DNA of 40,686 nucleotides from Perkinsus olseni (Eukaryota): NCBI GenBank assembly GCA_013115125.1, contig JABANN010000309.1, positions 1 to 40,686 of the forward strand, read 5' to 3'. Shown piece by piece: positions 1 to 12,146 of this stretch (position 1 is its first letter; each line of letters starts with the position of its first letter). The notes under the pieces were generated by a model. It saw only the letters and a program-made list of their open reading frames with translations, ran no database searches and was not told where the DNA came from. The position numbers and the translations under genes were made by a program.

Positions 1-458
1 CAGTTTCGTACGGTCGGTCGTTGAGAAATTTCAAGAGTTCAAAGTTGTTCACGAAGTTTTGAAACTCCCTTTACCATGTTCGCCATACCACAACTCTCCC
101 AGATCGCGAGGCTCGACCTCTGAAATCCTCATTCAGCGATTAGTTACTCGATCGGAACGTGCTAGTGATATGTCGACTGAGTTAACACTCCACTTGGTTA
201 CCAAGTGCCCGAGGCCTTTCCCTGTTATTATACCAAGTCTTGGTGTAATAACAGGGGAAGGCCTCGCCGAGGCCTGACTCGGTGTAGACAATCTTTCAAG
301 TATGTGTTTAGCGAAAGGCTTCTTCACCCAGGAGGGACACATAGTGTGCTTCGAGTGACCGAGACAGCGACGATAATGCACAAGCAACTTCCAAGTTGCG
401 CAGAACATCGGGCGACCTCTGAGGCCAGGAGCCCTTCTCTATCAGCATTCTCCTCATC

Positions 459-1093
459 ATGATCATGGCCCGCGGCTTGACGTGCATGCTAGTTCTCTCA
501 TCGGCGGTCGCCCTGCCGACTGAATATTTTAAAAATCGTGTGGTACGAAAAAATACAATACTTTCAGAGTTTTCACTTCAATTCTTCCCAGGTTGAAGCG
601 GACCTCGACATGTGCAAGGTCCAGTATTCAGATAGCTCCATAAGCATCCGAATTTCCCCGGCAAGGGACGAAAAAAGTATTTTCTACCTAGACGACAGGA
701 CCGGGAAGAGTGTCCGCTACTGGTGAACCTGGGCGTTCTCTGGACGGTCTCTGCTCACGTTTCGCAACTTTCAGGGCAGCCGAAAACGGTGGCGCAGGGA
801 AAATCGAATACCGCCAAGGTGAAGTGGACGGAAGAGTCGAAGGGCAACAAAAAGATATTCTGAGAAAGTTCTCTGACGTCTTTCCCTTCGCCCATGTCAT
901 TGACAAGATCCTATCGCAAATGCACCACGATATGCTTTACGGGGAGTGCGTTAACTTGATTGATGATATTGAAGATGCGGCCCCGAGGGGGTTCAAGTTG
1001 GAGCCAAACTGGATCCGAGAATTTGTTGATGAGAAGTTGGATGAGGCATTCAGTCTGACTGCGGAATTTGGTACGTACGTGGACAAATGCTAA
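459..1093 (+). CDS. Secreted protein of unknown function, 3 exons (459-542, 592-722, 775-1093); paralogue of the gene at 10132-10784
   Basis: ATG at 459 gives a hydrophobic leader MIMARGLTCMLVLSSAVA. GT-AG introns 543-591 and 723-774 join ORF pieces 538..726 and 710..1093 in frame. The protein aligns with the 10132 gene (VRYW/VMYW, VFPFA, C..LI..IE, NWI..FV) with identical intron positions. Confidence 0.8.
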
Positions 1094-1107
1094 CTTTGTG
1101 GACACCA

Positions 1108-1180
<73 letters not shown>

Positions 1181-1181
1181 G
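1108..1181. repeat. (TGT)n microsatellite, about 24 units
   Basis: Uninterrupted TGTTGT run just downstream of the stop codon at 1093. Confidence 0.97.
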
Positions 1182-2395
1182 CATGCGATGTTTATGTTCA
1201 TCGAGGGTGATCTTTAGTTGAAAGATGACGAAACATGTGACCGGAGTTTTCGGTCACATGTTTCGGTCTATGTGACGCTCTAGATGCGGACTCGGCAATG
1301 CCAAGGAACGCAGCCAGATCTGAAAATTCCCCGGACATTGTACGGAGATTATGATATAGAAAACCAGAGATTTCCCATTTGACACCGTTGTTAGATAGGA
1401 ACTGGCCGCAACTCAAGAACGACGGTGGACTCGAAAGGGTCTATGATCCATCGGTGTCAACTCATGCTAGGCAGACCGTTTCACATGCAAGTATCTTGGC
1501 GAGCGAATTAATTGTATGCAGAAAGATCCTCACTACGACGATCCCGTCAGGGTAAGCAAATGTATACACAACACGTCAAATTGACAGTGCCTAGGGCAGC
1601 GACAGGACAATTGGCCGAGCTAGATACCTGTGCCTCTTCACACCATTTGCGAAAAAAAACCAAGCGAATAACTGAGTTATTTCGAGTGCTTCGAGTTGTT
1701 TCAAATAACTCGTCTCGGACCTCATCGCAATATCTATAGCACATCGGCACACGGATGGGGCCTGGCGTGGTTTGGGCTTCTTCCTAACACGCGGTGCTGC
1801 TCTTGCGAGAGGCATTCTCAGACAGGCTGCTCGTAGACACCATTCACCAGCCTGTACCTCATCTGTTCGCATCTTGCTAGTATCAGAAATGCCTTTGTAC
1901 TCGGAGTTGAAGGCCTAGTCGTACACGAAAAGACGATCGATTGATTATAGTGTACGCGTTATTGTTTCCGGCGCCCAAGGTCTCATTAACGTTCCCAAGC
2001 TTGTTAACATGTATCTCTTCGGCTCAGCGGATTGGCGTTTCGGGAAAGTCTCCCGAAGTTTTCCCCCGGTAAGATACACAGCTTGAAGGGGGGCTTCAAT
2101 ACTGCCCGAGAAAATCACTGAATGATACACCCGTTTATCCACTGAAAGTTTCAATCCTGTTGGCTGCTGCCGGGAAAATGAAAAGCTGTGAGAATTGGGA
2201 AGGGGGAAACAACAAAAGGCCGATTCGGCTTGACCGATCACAGAAGGACAACCGGGCGGTCATCCGTCCAGGCAGCAGTAGTAGCAACCCAGACAACAGG
2301 GCCGCCGTCGTCCACCAGTCGTAGTTCGAGTGAAACTGTTCGTTATTACTCACTCCACCCCGGGCAGCTTGACGTTGGCAGTTGACATTCTATGA

Positions 2396-2593
2396 GTGTA
2401 CGGGCATACACGCACGCAAACTATCTCAGAGTGGTTCGGATAGAGTTCGCACGTACACTGAGGGTCGCAACCATCTTCGCAGTTCTGATCCCCAGAACAC
2501 GAGTGCACGGCGATGATCTAAGAAGTGCTCGAAGCTGTACGACAGGGACAAGCAGTAGGAGGAGCTGATGAACAGGAGAGAGAACCGAGCCAT
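2396..2593 (-). pseudogene. Cys-rich secreted peptide family, copy 1 (disrupted)
   Basis: MARFSLLFISSSYCLSLSYSFEHFLDHRRAL, then a +1 frameshift into CSGDQNCEDGCDPQCTCELYPNHSEIVCVRVCPY. One Cys is replaced by Arg (CGT), and the family stop after PY is deleted relative to sister copies. Confidence 0.85.
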
Positions 2594-3826
2594 GCCGGAA
2601 AGAACCTGACATGATCAGTTATGATTTTCTATCACACGAAGGCCCTTCGCCAGCGAGGCCAGTGACTGCTGCACTCTCTCCTGATTCTGGAATTCGGGAT
2701 ACCGGATCTCCGTCTTGCAACAATGTTGTCCATCAGACGTCACGTTTCCGCTACAGCAGAAACAATCACGTCACTTTGTGCGTGACTGAAGCGTTAACTT
2801 ACGGAATATTTCCGAACCTGGTTATGAGCTCCTTGAAGCTTTCTACGAATTTCAACGTGTGAAAGCGAGTTTCTTACAGGAAGGCTTTCTTAATGAATTG
2901 CTCATTCAAGAAGGGTTCTTCAAGCTCGAGAGGTTGACGGTTCAAAGGATTCTCCTTAAGGTTCTCGAAGGAGGATTTTGAAGGCGGTCATGGCCAATTT
3001 TCGCGGCTTCATGCGCAAGGAGCCCAAGAATGCTTCTTTAAGGGGAATTTTGAAATAGGCCCCAGGAGAATTTTATTCGCTCGTTTCCTGTACTTGAAGT
3101 CACTTCGATTGTATTTTCCAGCACGCTGGGGCCCACGCGTACCTCGAATTTTTCTGCTCAGCAGCAGTTTCATACTCTCCGTATTACGTAGCCCCACGTC
3201 ACTGGACAGAACAAGACAAGGCAATCTGGAAGGAGCCTGTTACTTCTATCGCAAGAACCTCAAACGCTATATGCAGTCGATCTGCTTGGCGCATATAGCA
3301 CATATCATCTGGTACAACAAAGGTGAAGACAGAATCGGCTCAGAAGCACAGCGATTCAAACATTGGGATAATAAGTTGAGTTACATTGGATTCAAATGTA
3401 ACTTATCGCGTCACTAATACACATGCCTGTACAGCACGACTAGTACGCATGAGGGAGTTGGCGCCTCGGAAGAATTTCCCGTAGAAATACTAAACCTTGA
3501 GCGGGCTCGAGAACGGATCCACTGACAGAAAGAATCATCGAATGATGCAGACGTACATCCACCATAAAGGTTCAGCTCTGCTGGCTGCTGACGAAAAGTT
3601 AGGGGAATCGAGAAGGTTGAGAAAACAGAAGCCCGACCAAGCGAGGACTATCGGGCGGTCATCGGCTCGGACGACAGTGTTCCTCACACGAGACAACAGA
3701 TCGCGTACCGGTTCTAGCTCAGAAGAGACTGCTGCTTGTTACTTGCTTCACCTGGAGCAACTTGACGTCGCCAACAGCAAAGTTTATTTCTACGGGTAAT
3801 CTTTATCAGCGTGTGAGACAGCACCA

Positions 3827-4030
3827 CTAATACGGGCATCTACAAATACATCGCCGAGGGAAACGAGGGTCGACGAGGACACACGTACACTGGGGCTCGC
3901 AACCCCCATCACACTCATAGAAATGACAGGGTTCGTACGATGCTGGTTGACGAAAAGCAGAGGGGTGCTCAACGCCGTATGATAGGGAGAAGCAGAAGGA
4001 GCTGATGAAGAGGAGAGAGAACCGAGCCAT
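3827..4030 (-). CDS. Cys-rich secreted peptide family, copy 2 (67 aa, 8 Cys in mature region)
   Basis: MARFSLLFISSFCFSLSYG-VEHPSAFRQPASYEP-CHFYECDGGCEPQCTCVLVDPRFPRRCICRCPY*; signal peptide and Cys scaffold shared with five paralogues. Confidence 0.9.
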   Translation of the reverse strand: MARFSLLFISSFCFSLSYGVEHPSAFRQPASYEPCHFYECDGGCEPQCTCVLVDPRFPRRCICRCPY

Positions 4031-5739
4031 ATTGAAAAGAACCTGACGGCACCATCTCTGATTACTCTACCACACGACCGGGCACACGGAGGGCTGCTTT
4101 GCACTTCGGAAAAGAGGTCAATGACAGCTCCTCCTCTCTCTCCTAGATCTTGGAATCCCAGCACCCGTAAAAATGCGTCTTGCATCAATGTTGTACAGCA
4201 GAGATTGAGGAAAGCTCGCTGCATGTCAACGCTACAGAGTGTCTCCAACTATGCACATTGGCAAGAGTCTAAGCCGGAACCGTAAGCGTTGGACTATAAA
4301 CTCACACACACATCAGAGATTGGTCACGTCACGATGGGAGCAATGTGCAACTCGACACTTGCAACCGAATCTAGGCGAAGAAAAAGACTAAGTTCTCGAG
4401 TTTGACCTGTTTTCTGTTACAGCACAATCGGCCGCGTCACATTGTCCGAGGCGACTCGCCCGCATGAACCAGTGCGCCACCTCTGCGCGCCGATGACAAC
4501 TATAGAACGATATTATCACCTTGATGGTGATAATATCGTGAAGGCTTCACGGATGAGCCAGCGAGTAAGACGATAGTATTCCGTTAGCATATTGGACATA
4601 AGGCCACAATTTGTCAACCGCACCCTCTACTGCGTTGAAAAGGACATTGAAAGAGAGCATCGGGAGACAGTGATGCAGACACCCTGCGGCGAGGGCAACT
4701 CTTGAAATCCAAACTCCCTGGTTCCCCGTTCCCGGCTTTGCCCGTAATTCAGCCTGGATTACGGACGAAGCCGGGGGCTCGGGGACTGGATTATTCAGGG
4801 CTCCCTCGTGTTGTCTGTTCTATACTGTGCCTTGGACTTTCTACTTTCTTCAGCGGTGTAGCATAGAGAGCCCTCGGGTCGCTGGAAGTCCGCTCTTATT
4901 GCCATAGCGCAACTCTTCCAGGTTGTGAGACTCGAACTCTGCGATGGTTAGGCCGGTTTAGGAGGCTGACATATCGGAGACCCCGATAGGAGCTGCTCAA
5001 TACCGACAGACGAGGTCAAATACCACCACTAGAGAGCCCATCCTCTGCCCTTAATAGTCCTGTGTTTGTCCGAGGCATTATTGCATCCCTGAGGGCAATT
5101 CAAACCGGCTGTACTGTGTGAACGGCATCGATGCGCCAGAATGATTTCGGCAAAATCACGGGTTAATGTGCTGACGGATAGTGTGAGGCACAGCATGCGA
5201 ATATGCCCTTAAAAATTCTATCCTACAGATCGATATCTATAATCAGTTTTCCTCTTGGCGGCATAGTGTGGTACTATAACGAGAATGTTGTGGGCGTGTT
5301 TTCTGTACTCGACGTTGCATAGAAGTTTCCCAGCACGTTGCGGCCCACGCGTATTTTCTGCTCAGCATGAGCTTCGTACTCTCCAATAGAGTTGGCGCCC
5401 CGGGGGATGTTCCCGAAGAAATACTCAACTCGAAGCGGGCTCGAGAACGGCCCTACTGACAGAAAGAGTCATCGAATGATACAGGGTATATTCACTAGAA
5501 AGTTTCGGCCTGGATGGCTGCTGACGAGAGAATAAGAATTACCGTAAAATGAGGAGGGCAAAAACAGAGAAAAATGATCACGCAAGGACTATCGGTCAGT
5601 CATCGACTCAGACGACCGGGCGCATACCGGTCGTGATACAAATGAAACTGTTGCTCCTTCTTTGCTTCACCAGGAGCAACTTGCCAACTGCAAAATTGTT
5701 GTCCATAGACATTCTCTATGAGCGTGTAAAACGGCACTA

Positions 5740-5931
5740 CTAATACAGGCATTCACACTGGCATTTCACAGGGAAAACAAAGACGAGTTTGCATGAACAC
5801 TGGGGCTCGCGACATCCCTCGCAATAATTTGAAGGACAGGTCGCATCCGAGAGTGCACGACGATGAGCGGAGAAACCCTCGAAGCCGTACGACAGAGACA
5901 TACTGATGAACAGGAGAGAGAACCGAGCCAT
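5740..5931 (-). CDS. Cys-rich secreted peptide family, copy 3 (63 aa)
   Basis: MARFSLLFISMSLSYG-FEGFSAHRRALSDAT-CPSNYCEGCREPQCSCKLVFVFPVKCQCECLY*; start placed at the conserved MARFS ATG rather than the longer ORF-track start. Confidence 0.9.
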   Translation of the reverse strand: MARFSLLFISMSLSYGFEGFSAHRRALSDATCPSNYCEGCREPQCSCKLVFVFPVKCQCECLY

Positions 5932-7039
5932 ATTGAGGAGGACCTGAATCATCGAAATCATATTCATCGAGGTGTACGTACTCAATATTTTATCCATCAT
6001 ATTGACATGTTCTACGATTTTCCTTTCAACTCTGGAACACAGAATCTCTATCTTGCATCAACGCTGTCCATCAGAGATCGGACACGTCACGATGCACGTG
6101 TGGATTGCGGTACGAGGGACAGTCCTACCCTGCACGATCGGTACTCCGACGCGTTTCAGTCGGACCCTTCTAGAGCAGCAACGAGGCAGCACAGTCTCTC
6201 AATCTGCTCCCTTCGGCCCGTATTCTTTGCGCGGATAAGAGGTGCGCGCGTGCACCAATAGCTAAGCTAAGCTGGTGTGTGTATGCGTCAAGGGACCGGT
6301 TGCAGGTAGATGCCTCGGTGGATTTCCTCGAGTTTTCGTGACCGTCTCGTCTACCGCAGCCCACATCTCCAGTCCGCTACGGTTTTCGGGTTCAACAAAG
6401 TCAGTCTCCATCGGCAACCTTAGCTTCCAGACCGAAAGCCTGGGACGCAGTGTTGTGGCTCGGCACTTCTAGCCCACATGATGTGGGCCACAGCGTCTAG
6501 CCGCTAGACTCTAGCGTACCGTGACTTTTCCCGCTCGGGCGCCGCTAAGGCAGGTATGTGGACCATCATTCTGGAGAAGATTGTGATTAAGAAAAGTAGG
6601 AACTTCCTACTTGTCTTGATCACAATCTTCTCCCACTACTAGGAAGCCCGTACTCCTCGATTCGCAGCGTGGATAGCAAATTGAGCTTCCATCCAGGTGA
6701 TACAGTACCATGGAACGGGCTAACGGGTTTTCGCAACAACAATCGAGCGTAGATTCGAGCCACGCAAATAAAATTGATCGTCCTGCTATCGAGGGGTTGA
6801 CTAACCGTTCAACTTGAACGTTCACGGTTTCTACTGCTCTCTCCCGTTTCTGCATATCGTTCAGTTATTTCAGCGTCTGTTCACATCACGAGACTCTATG
6901 ATACGGCTCGGTATCATCAGCATTATCACCTTTGCAACCACGCATTGTTATGCGTCAAGGTGTAACAGGAGCTTGTCGTATTAGTGCAAGAGTGCGATCG
7001 TGATCATCTGCCACTAGTTCTGAACCAGAACTTCTCTTT

Positions 7040-7582
7040 CCCAACTGCAATCTATTCCCGAAAGCTGCGCTATTCAGAGTACACGAGGACGGGCAGCGGC
7101 CCGGGTTCAGTAACTCCGAGTTTCCAGCGTCTGATTGGAATGATTAGAATATTCATCGGAAATCACCACTCACTGATAGCAACCTCAAACGCTCGTGAGG
7201 TGAGGCCATTGGCGAGAATCACGTTCCTTCTGCGACACTCGAGATGCGGACTCTGCATTGCTGAGCAAAGCCGCAAGGCTTGAAAATTCCCCGCGCTATT
7301 TCTCAGAGAGATGAGAAGCTCTCTGGAGAGTATTGGAGAGGAGAGTCGGGATTTTTTTGACAACGCCAAGGGCACCGACAGACTATCGGACGAACTGGAC
7401 AACTGTCTCGTCACACTATTTGCGAAAGACCTGAATAGCTCATCACAGAGTTCATCGGCAATTAGTTGAACAAACAGACGGTGGCCTTGGAGTTCAACAC
7501 GGATGAGGCCCGATTTGACTCGAGCTTGCTGCTGACACTCGGCGCTGAGCCCATGAGAGGTCCTCTCGGACAGGCCACTCAT
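7040..7582 (-). mobile_element. Degraded LINE ORF1-like (RRM-type) remnant
   Basis: The frame of ORF 7163..7582 has ECRRRNVILANGL and, past an in-frame stop, RRWKLG...PGPLPVLVY. These resemble the RRNNxIxxGL and RLG...RPRPILVKF motifs of non-LTR ORF1 proteins. It lies between peptide repeat units. Confidence 0.4.
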
Positions 7583-8183
7583 AGAAGTTCCTCATAAGCC
7601 CAGATCTCAACCGTCAGAAATGCTGACGGAGACTTGGAGGCAGTGCCTCCAGTCTGTAGGCTCCAGGTCCAAGCGCCTAGAGACATTCCTCGAACTTGCA
7701 AGATGCTGACTCAGCATTATTTATTCAAGATTTCATGAATGTTACCAAGCTTGTAATGCCGTGCCCTTGCGTTCCTCTTCGGGCTAGCGCAGCTTCATCA
7801 TGCTTTGCTTCCTCCGAGAGATAGGCGTCTCGGGGGAGTTCCCCGGCAAAATACTCAACTCGAAGCGGGCCCGAGAATTGCCCTAATGACAGAAAGAGTC
7901 ATCGAATGATACAGAGTCCGTATATTCACTAAAAAGTTCCAGCCTTGTTGGCTGCTGGCGAGAGAATAAAAATAGCAATAAAAAAGGGAGGGTGAGAAGC
8001 ACAGAGGCCCGAGCGGCCTTTCGGGCAGTCATCTGCGCGGACAACAGCATCGACAAGTTGCCGATACCCGGTGATACCGGTCTGGATCCACCGATCGTGA
8101 CTCAAATGAAACTGTTAGTTTTTGCTTACTTCACTCGGAGCAATTACTGCGGGCATTCTTTATGATTGTGTAGAATAGCACCG

Positions 8184-8387
8184 CTAATACGGGCACTCAC
8201 ACATGCATTCCCCAGGGAATCCCCAGTGAATGAGTTTACACCAACACTGGGGATCGCAAACCCCTTCACAATGATAAGAAGCACATTGGATATTCGAAAG
8301 TGCACGACGACGAGCAGGGAAGTTCTCAATGCCGTACGACAGGGAAAAGCAGAAGGAGCTGATGAGCAGAAGAGAGAACCGAGCCAT
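8184..8387 (-). CDS. Cys-rich secreted peptide family, copy 4 (67 aa)
   Basis: MARFSLLLISSFCFSLSYG-IENFPARRRALSNIQ-CASYHCEGVCDPQCWCKLIHWGFPGECMCECPY*. Confidence 0.9.
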   Translation of the reverse strand: MARFSLLLISSFCFSLSYGIENFPARRRALSNIQCASYHCEGVCDPQCWCKLIHWGFPGECMCECPY

Positions 8388-9261
8388 ATTCGAAACTCTT
8401 GAATAAAAAAACTAGCTTCAATAATTATCATTTCCCTATCAGACGATTGGGTGCGCGAAGACCTGCTTCGCACCTTGGTATAGGAGTGAGAAGCCCCTTA
8501 TGTCTTGTTCCTCGCTCATAATTCTGTAATGCAAAATACAGAATCTCCATCTTGCATTGACGTTGGCCATCGGTTAATGCTCACATCACGGTGTACGTGT
8601 GGGTTGTCGTACTAAAGACAGTCTTGTCCTGCACCACCAGTACTTCAAAGCCCTCCAATTGGCCACACTCTGAAGCTGACTAGCACCGAAGCAGAAGCAG
8701 TAGATCACAGTTCTATGATTAACTCCTTTCGGCCCACTTGGTCTCTTTTGTTTCCCGGAAAGAGCGGTGCGTGCGTGCACCAATGGCTAAGCTGAGCAGG
8801 TGTGTATGTGTCGCGAACCCGATTGCAGATGGATTCTTCGGTAGATTTCCTGGAGGTTCCGCAACGCCTCGGCTACCGCAGGCTGCGGTCCGCAGCGTAC
8901 GTATCATCTCCGGCGTGCAAAGGCCTTCTGGGTGGTTTCCATCGGCTACTTCAGCGCCGATCGACGACCTGTGACAGAGTGTGCTAAGCTAGAGCTCCTA
9001 GCGTATAGTCACTGATCTGGATCGCCCGTCCCAGAAATCACCTCCAAATTGCGATTCGAAAAAAATCAGCGTCCGAATTAATTGCGATTCGCAATTAGTT
9101 CGGACGCTCGTGACGCAGCATTTTAATCGCAAAAGATCGGACTCGATGAGCGGATACTGACGGAGCCTCAGTACGCGGCTCATGCTCCCCGAGCTGGTGG
9201 AGTGTTGTCTGTTGCATGTTGAAGACATCAGATGACTCGCGCCAACTGTGCAGCAGCCCAG

Positions 9262-9883
9262 GAGCCGATTAAAGTGCTCCGATTTCCGAGTCCAAGTTCT
9301 CGGAAAAGCGGCTTTTCCGAGCTCGGATAAAAACTATGAATTAAAGTGCGTTCAAAAATCCGAGCTTTTTTCCGAGCTCGGAAATGGTGTTACTCGGTTC
9401 CGAGTGAGGCAATTTCACGATTCTCGATTAAAGTGCTGAGCTTTCCGAGTTCCAAGTTCGAAGAGTTTTCAGGGTCTTTGAACTCCCGGAAATCCGGACC
9501 CGAGCTCGGAAAACCCACAAAACCACTCGCCAACAATGAGCGCTCACTCATAGAAAACCATGGAGTCTTCGCCAAGAAATCCCGGCAGGAAGAAACGCTC
9601 CTCGCACGCAAAGATTCGGGGCGTTCCACTCTTTCCGAGTTACTCGGGAAACAACCTAAATATCGAGAATTTTTCCGAGACCGAGCTCGTGATGCCGTTG
9701 AGCACTTTAATTCGGGGAAAGTGAGTCGGTCCGAGTTCTCGGGAAACGCCCTCGGGAAATCGACTTTTCCGAGGGATCGCACTTTAATCCATGGAGTCTC
9801 GGAATGGGATTTCCAAGGCTCGGAACTCGGTAACCGAGTACTAGGACTCGGAACTCGGAAGGCCTTAGCACTCTAATCGGCTC
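9262..9883. mobile_element. Non-autonomous DNA transposon (MITE) with 17-bp TIRs and CAG (or CCAGG) flanking duplication
   Basis: Left end GAGCCGATTAAAGTGCT; right end AGCACTCTAATCGGCTC (1 mismatch as an inverted repeat). CAG flanks both ends. The interior is packed with ATTAAAGTGC/GCACTTTAAT and TTCCGAG/CTCGGAA subterminal repeats. Confidence 0.8.
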
Positions 9884-10131
9884 CAGGTCGTTATGGCAGC
9901 CACAACCGATTTTGTTCGCTCGACACCATCGTCGCGCTGGGAGTCCCAGCTCGGAACCGTTGGGAGGCACTCGAGCTCTCACACGAGTGCTCATCTATCA
10001 ACATGGCGCGCTCTTCCGACATCCCGAGAATAGATTTCCGTGTGGCATCAGGCGAGATCGAGACGCATCCGTTCCTCAACGGAAGGAAGATTCATGGTTA
10101 CGCTACCGTGACAGTGACTCTTCGCTCCCTG

Positions 10132-10784
10132 ATGGTCGCTTCACACGCTTTCACACTCGCTGTTGTCTCCGCCACGTCGATGGCTTTGCGGACTTCCTCG
10201 CAGAACAACGGGAAGGTATCACCACCCCGGCATCAATCACTCGAGAGAATCCATACTTGTTTAAGATACTGAGTACCCCCGAGACCTGCATGGCCACCTA
10301 TCCAGACGGCTCTTTGAAGATTTTCGAACCGAGTATCCCAGAGGGCAAGGCAGTTTCTTGGGACAGCAAAGACAAGAAAAAAGGCGTCATGTATTGGTAA
10401 GATGCCACAGCTATGGCCAGCTTCCGTCTTTCTGTGTAGTGGTACATCGCTGATGTATCCCTCATCAGGACCCTCAATGACGAAGCGGCGATGGTGTATC
10501 GCGATGGTACACTTTATGGCACGGTCGAAGGGCGTCCACAGGAGGTCCGAAAGATATTTCGCGAGGTCTTCCCGTTCGCACGCTCAATCAGTACGACATT
10601 GAGCGAGTTCGACTTCGGCATGACTGAAGACCAATGTGTATCTCTCATCAATGAGATAGAAAAGAAACACCCGAGAGGCCCCAGTGGGAAAGGGAACTGG
10701 ATAAAGACCTTCGTCGAGGATAACATGGCCGCGGCCATGGAGCTGGTTAAAAAACACGGCACCTATGAGGACCTGGCTGCGTAG
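10132..10784 (+). CDS. Secreted protein of unknown function, 3 exons (10132-10215, 10266-10396, 10469-10784); paralogue of 459-1093
   Basis: Leader MVASHAFTLAVVSATSMA. The 28-codon first exon and the phase-2 intron inside the Trp codon match the 459 gene. The C-terminal exon is clearly homologous to ORF 710..1093. Confidence 0.8.
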
Positions 10785-12146
10785 TTGTCTCCCATGCTCA
10801 CTCTTGGTGTTTGAGATGATGTTTTGATAATCCGATTGTTATAGGGTTGGAAGTCAGTAAGGGAGGCAACTGCTTTAATGGAGCATTGGGGGTGTTGAAT
10901 TGCAGGAGTGCTCCCCGGATTGAATTTTACGTTTACTAGGCGATTCTGGGAGCCCTCTTGGAGCTCACTGGAGGTCTATTGAACAGCCAAATTGTTTCAT
11001 AGTATGAAGTTCATACTGAGTCATGATTCACGAGACTTAGTTTGCTGAACCAAGCTGAACCGTAAATACTGAGGGCGTAGCTTCCTTCGCCACGAATTCT
11101 TGACAACTATCGGGAATGCTTCGCGATAACGATACCTCCGAGACGGGGTCTGGGAGATGTGGAAAGTGATAGCGGTGACGGTGCATGAGTTAAGTGCTTC
11201 GACCTAGGATGAAGGGGTGTAAGAGGAACACCGCGATCACACTAGCGTTCTGGACGTACGAACACGCACTGTTTGGTGTGAGTTACCTCACCGCACTCAG
11301 TACTCTTGCACGAGCTTACAAGAGTCGTTGTCGAATCGACATTGTCGATTTCGTCGAAATCGTCAATTCGACAATGTCTATTTTCCCGAATATTGTGGTA
11401 AACCCAGGCACCCTGACCCCGCTCAGCTGCCTAATGGCCAGTATATCACTCGACGATTTGCCGTGCAGCTCTCACTACAGTAGAGCTAGAGGGGGTCGAA
11501 GTGGGCGAGCCTCTTCCGGGCCTCAACTGCGTCTCGGACTGAAGTTTTCCTACTCGATTTTGTGAAATTGCTCACGCGTCTCCTTTTTGATCACAAGGAC
11601 GTGAAGTATGCAGTTGTAATTAAGATCGCCTGTTTAAACAGTGAAGAACGATCGTGAATATTTCTGAAGCCACGATATTCTTCGAGTCTCGGGCCATCAT
11701 GTCCGAGAAATTTTCGTCCATGATGGACGAAAATTTCACGAAGTCTAATTCTCTGCGTTTTTGGCAGTATGTAACACACTGTATGTCGCATGATTTACCG
11801 TTACTGGAACAACGCGAAAAGACAGTCTCGAGGGAGCCTCCTTACTTATACTTCGAGAACCTCAACCGCTATTTCCTACCATTGAACTCATAGCAAATAC
11901 AGAAATAAAATCTAAATCTATGCGCCGATCGTCTTGTGCATGCGTGTACAGCTTATTTCCCCCGAGAGGGTAAGCTTAGAAGAAGAAAGTAGAAGACTTT
12001 GCACTCCTTCTCGCCTTGCGTTGACTACGAGTAACAACGGAAAAGCAACACATTCGTAGTTGAAATAAAATATGAACTGAGATATGCTATAGCGACAGCA
12101 CGATGATAGCTTGCACCTGCCGACAGCAGGCTGCTGTCACGTTGCA

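Noticed and set aside
911-1201. Poly-Asn ORF
   Set aside because: Artefact of the (TGT)n microsatellite read antisense to a real gene.
9346-9876. 176-aa and 130-aa overlapping ORFs
   Set aside because: They lie within the repeat-rich MITE, with no transposase motifs or protein-like composition.
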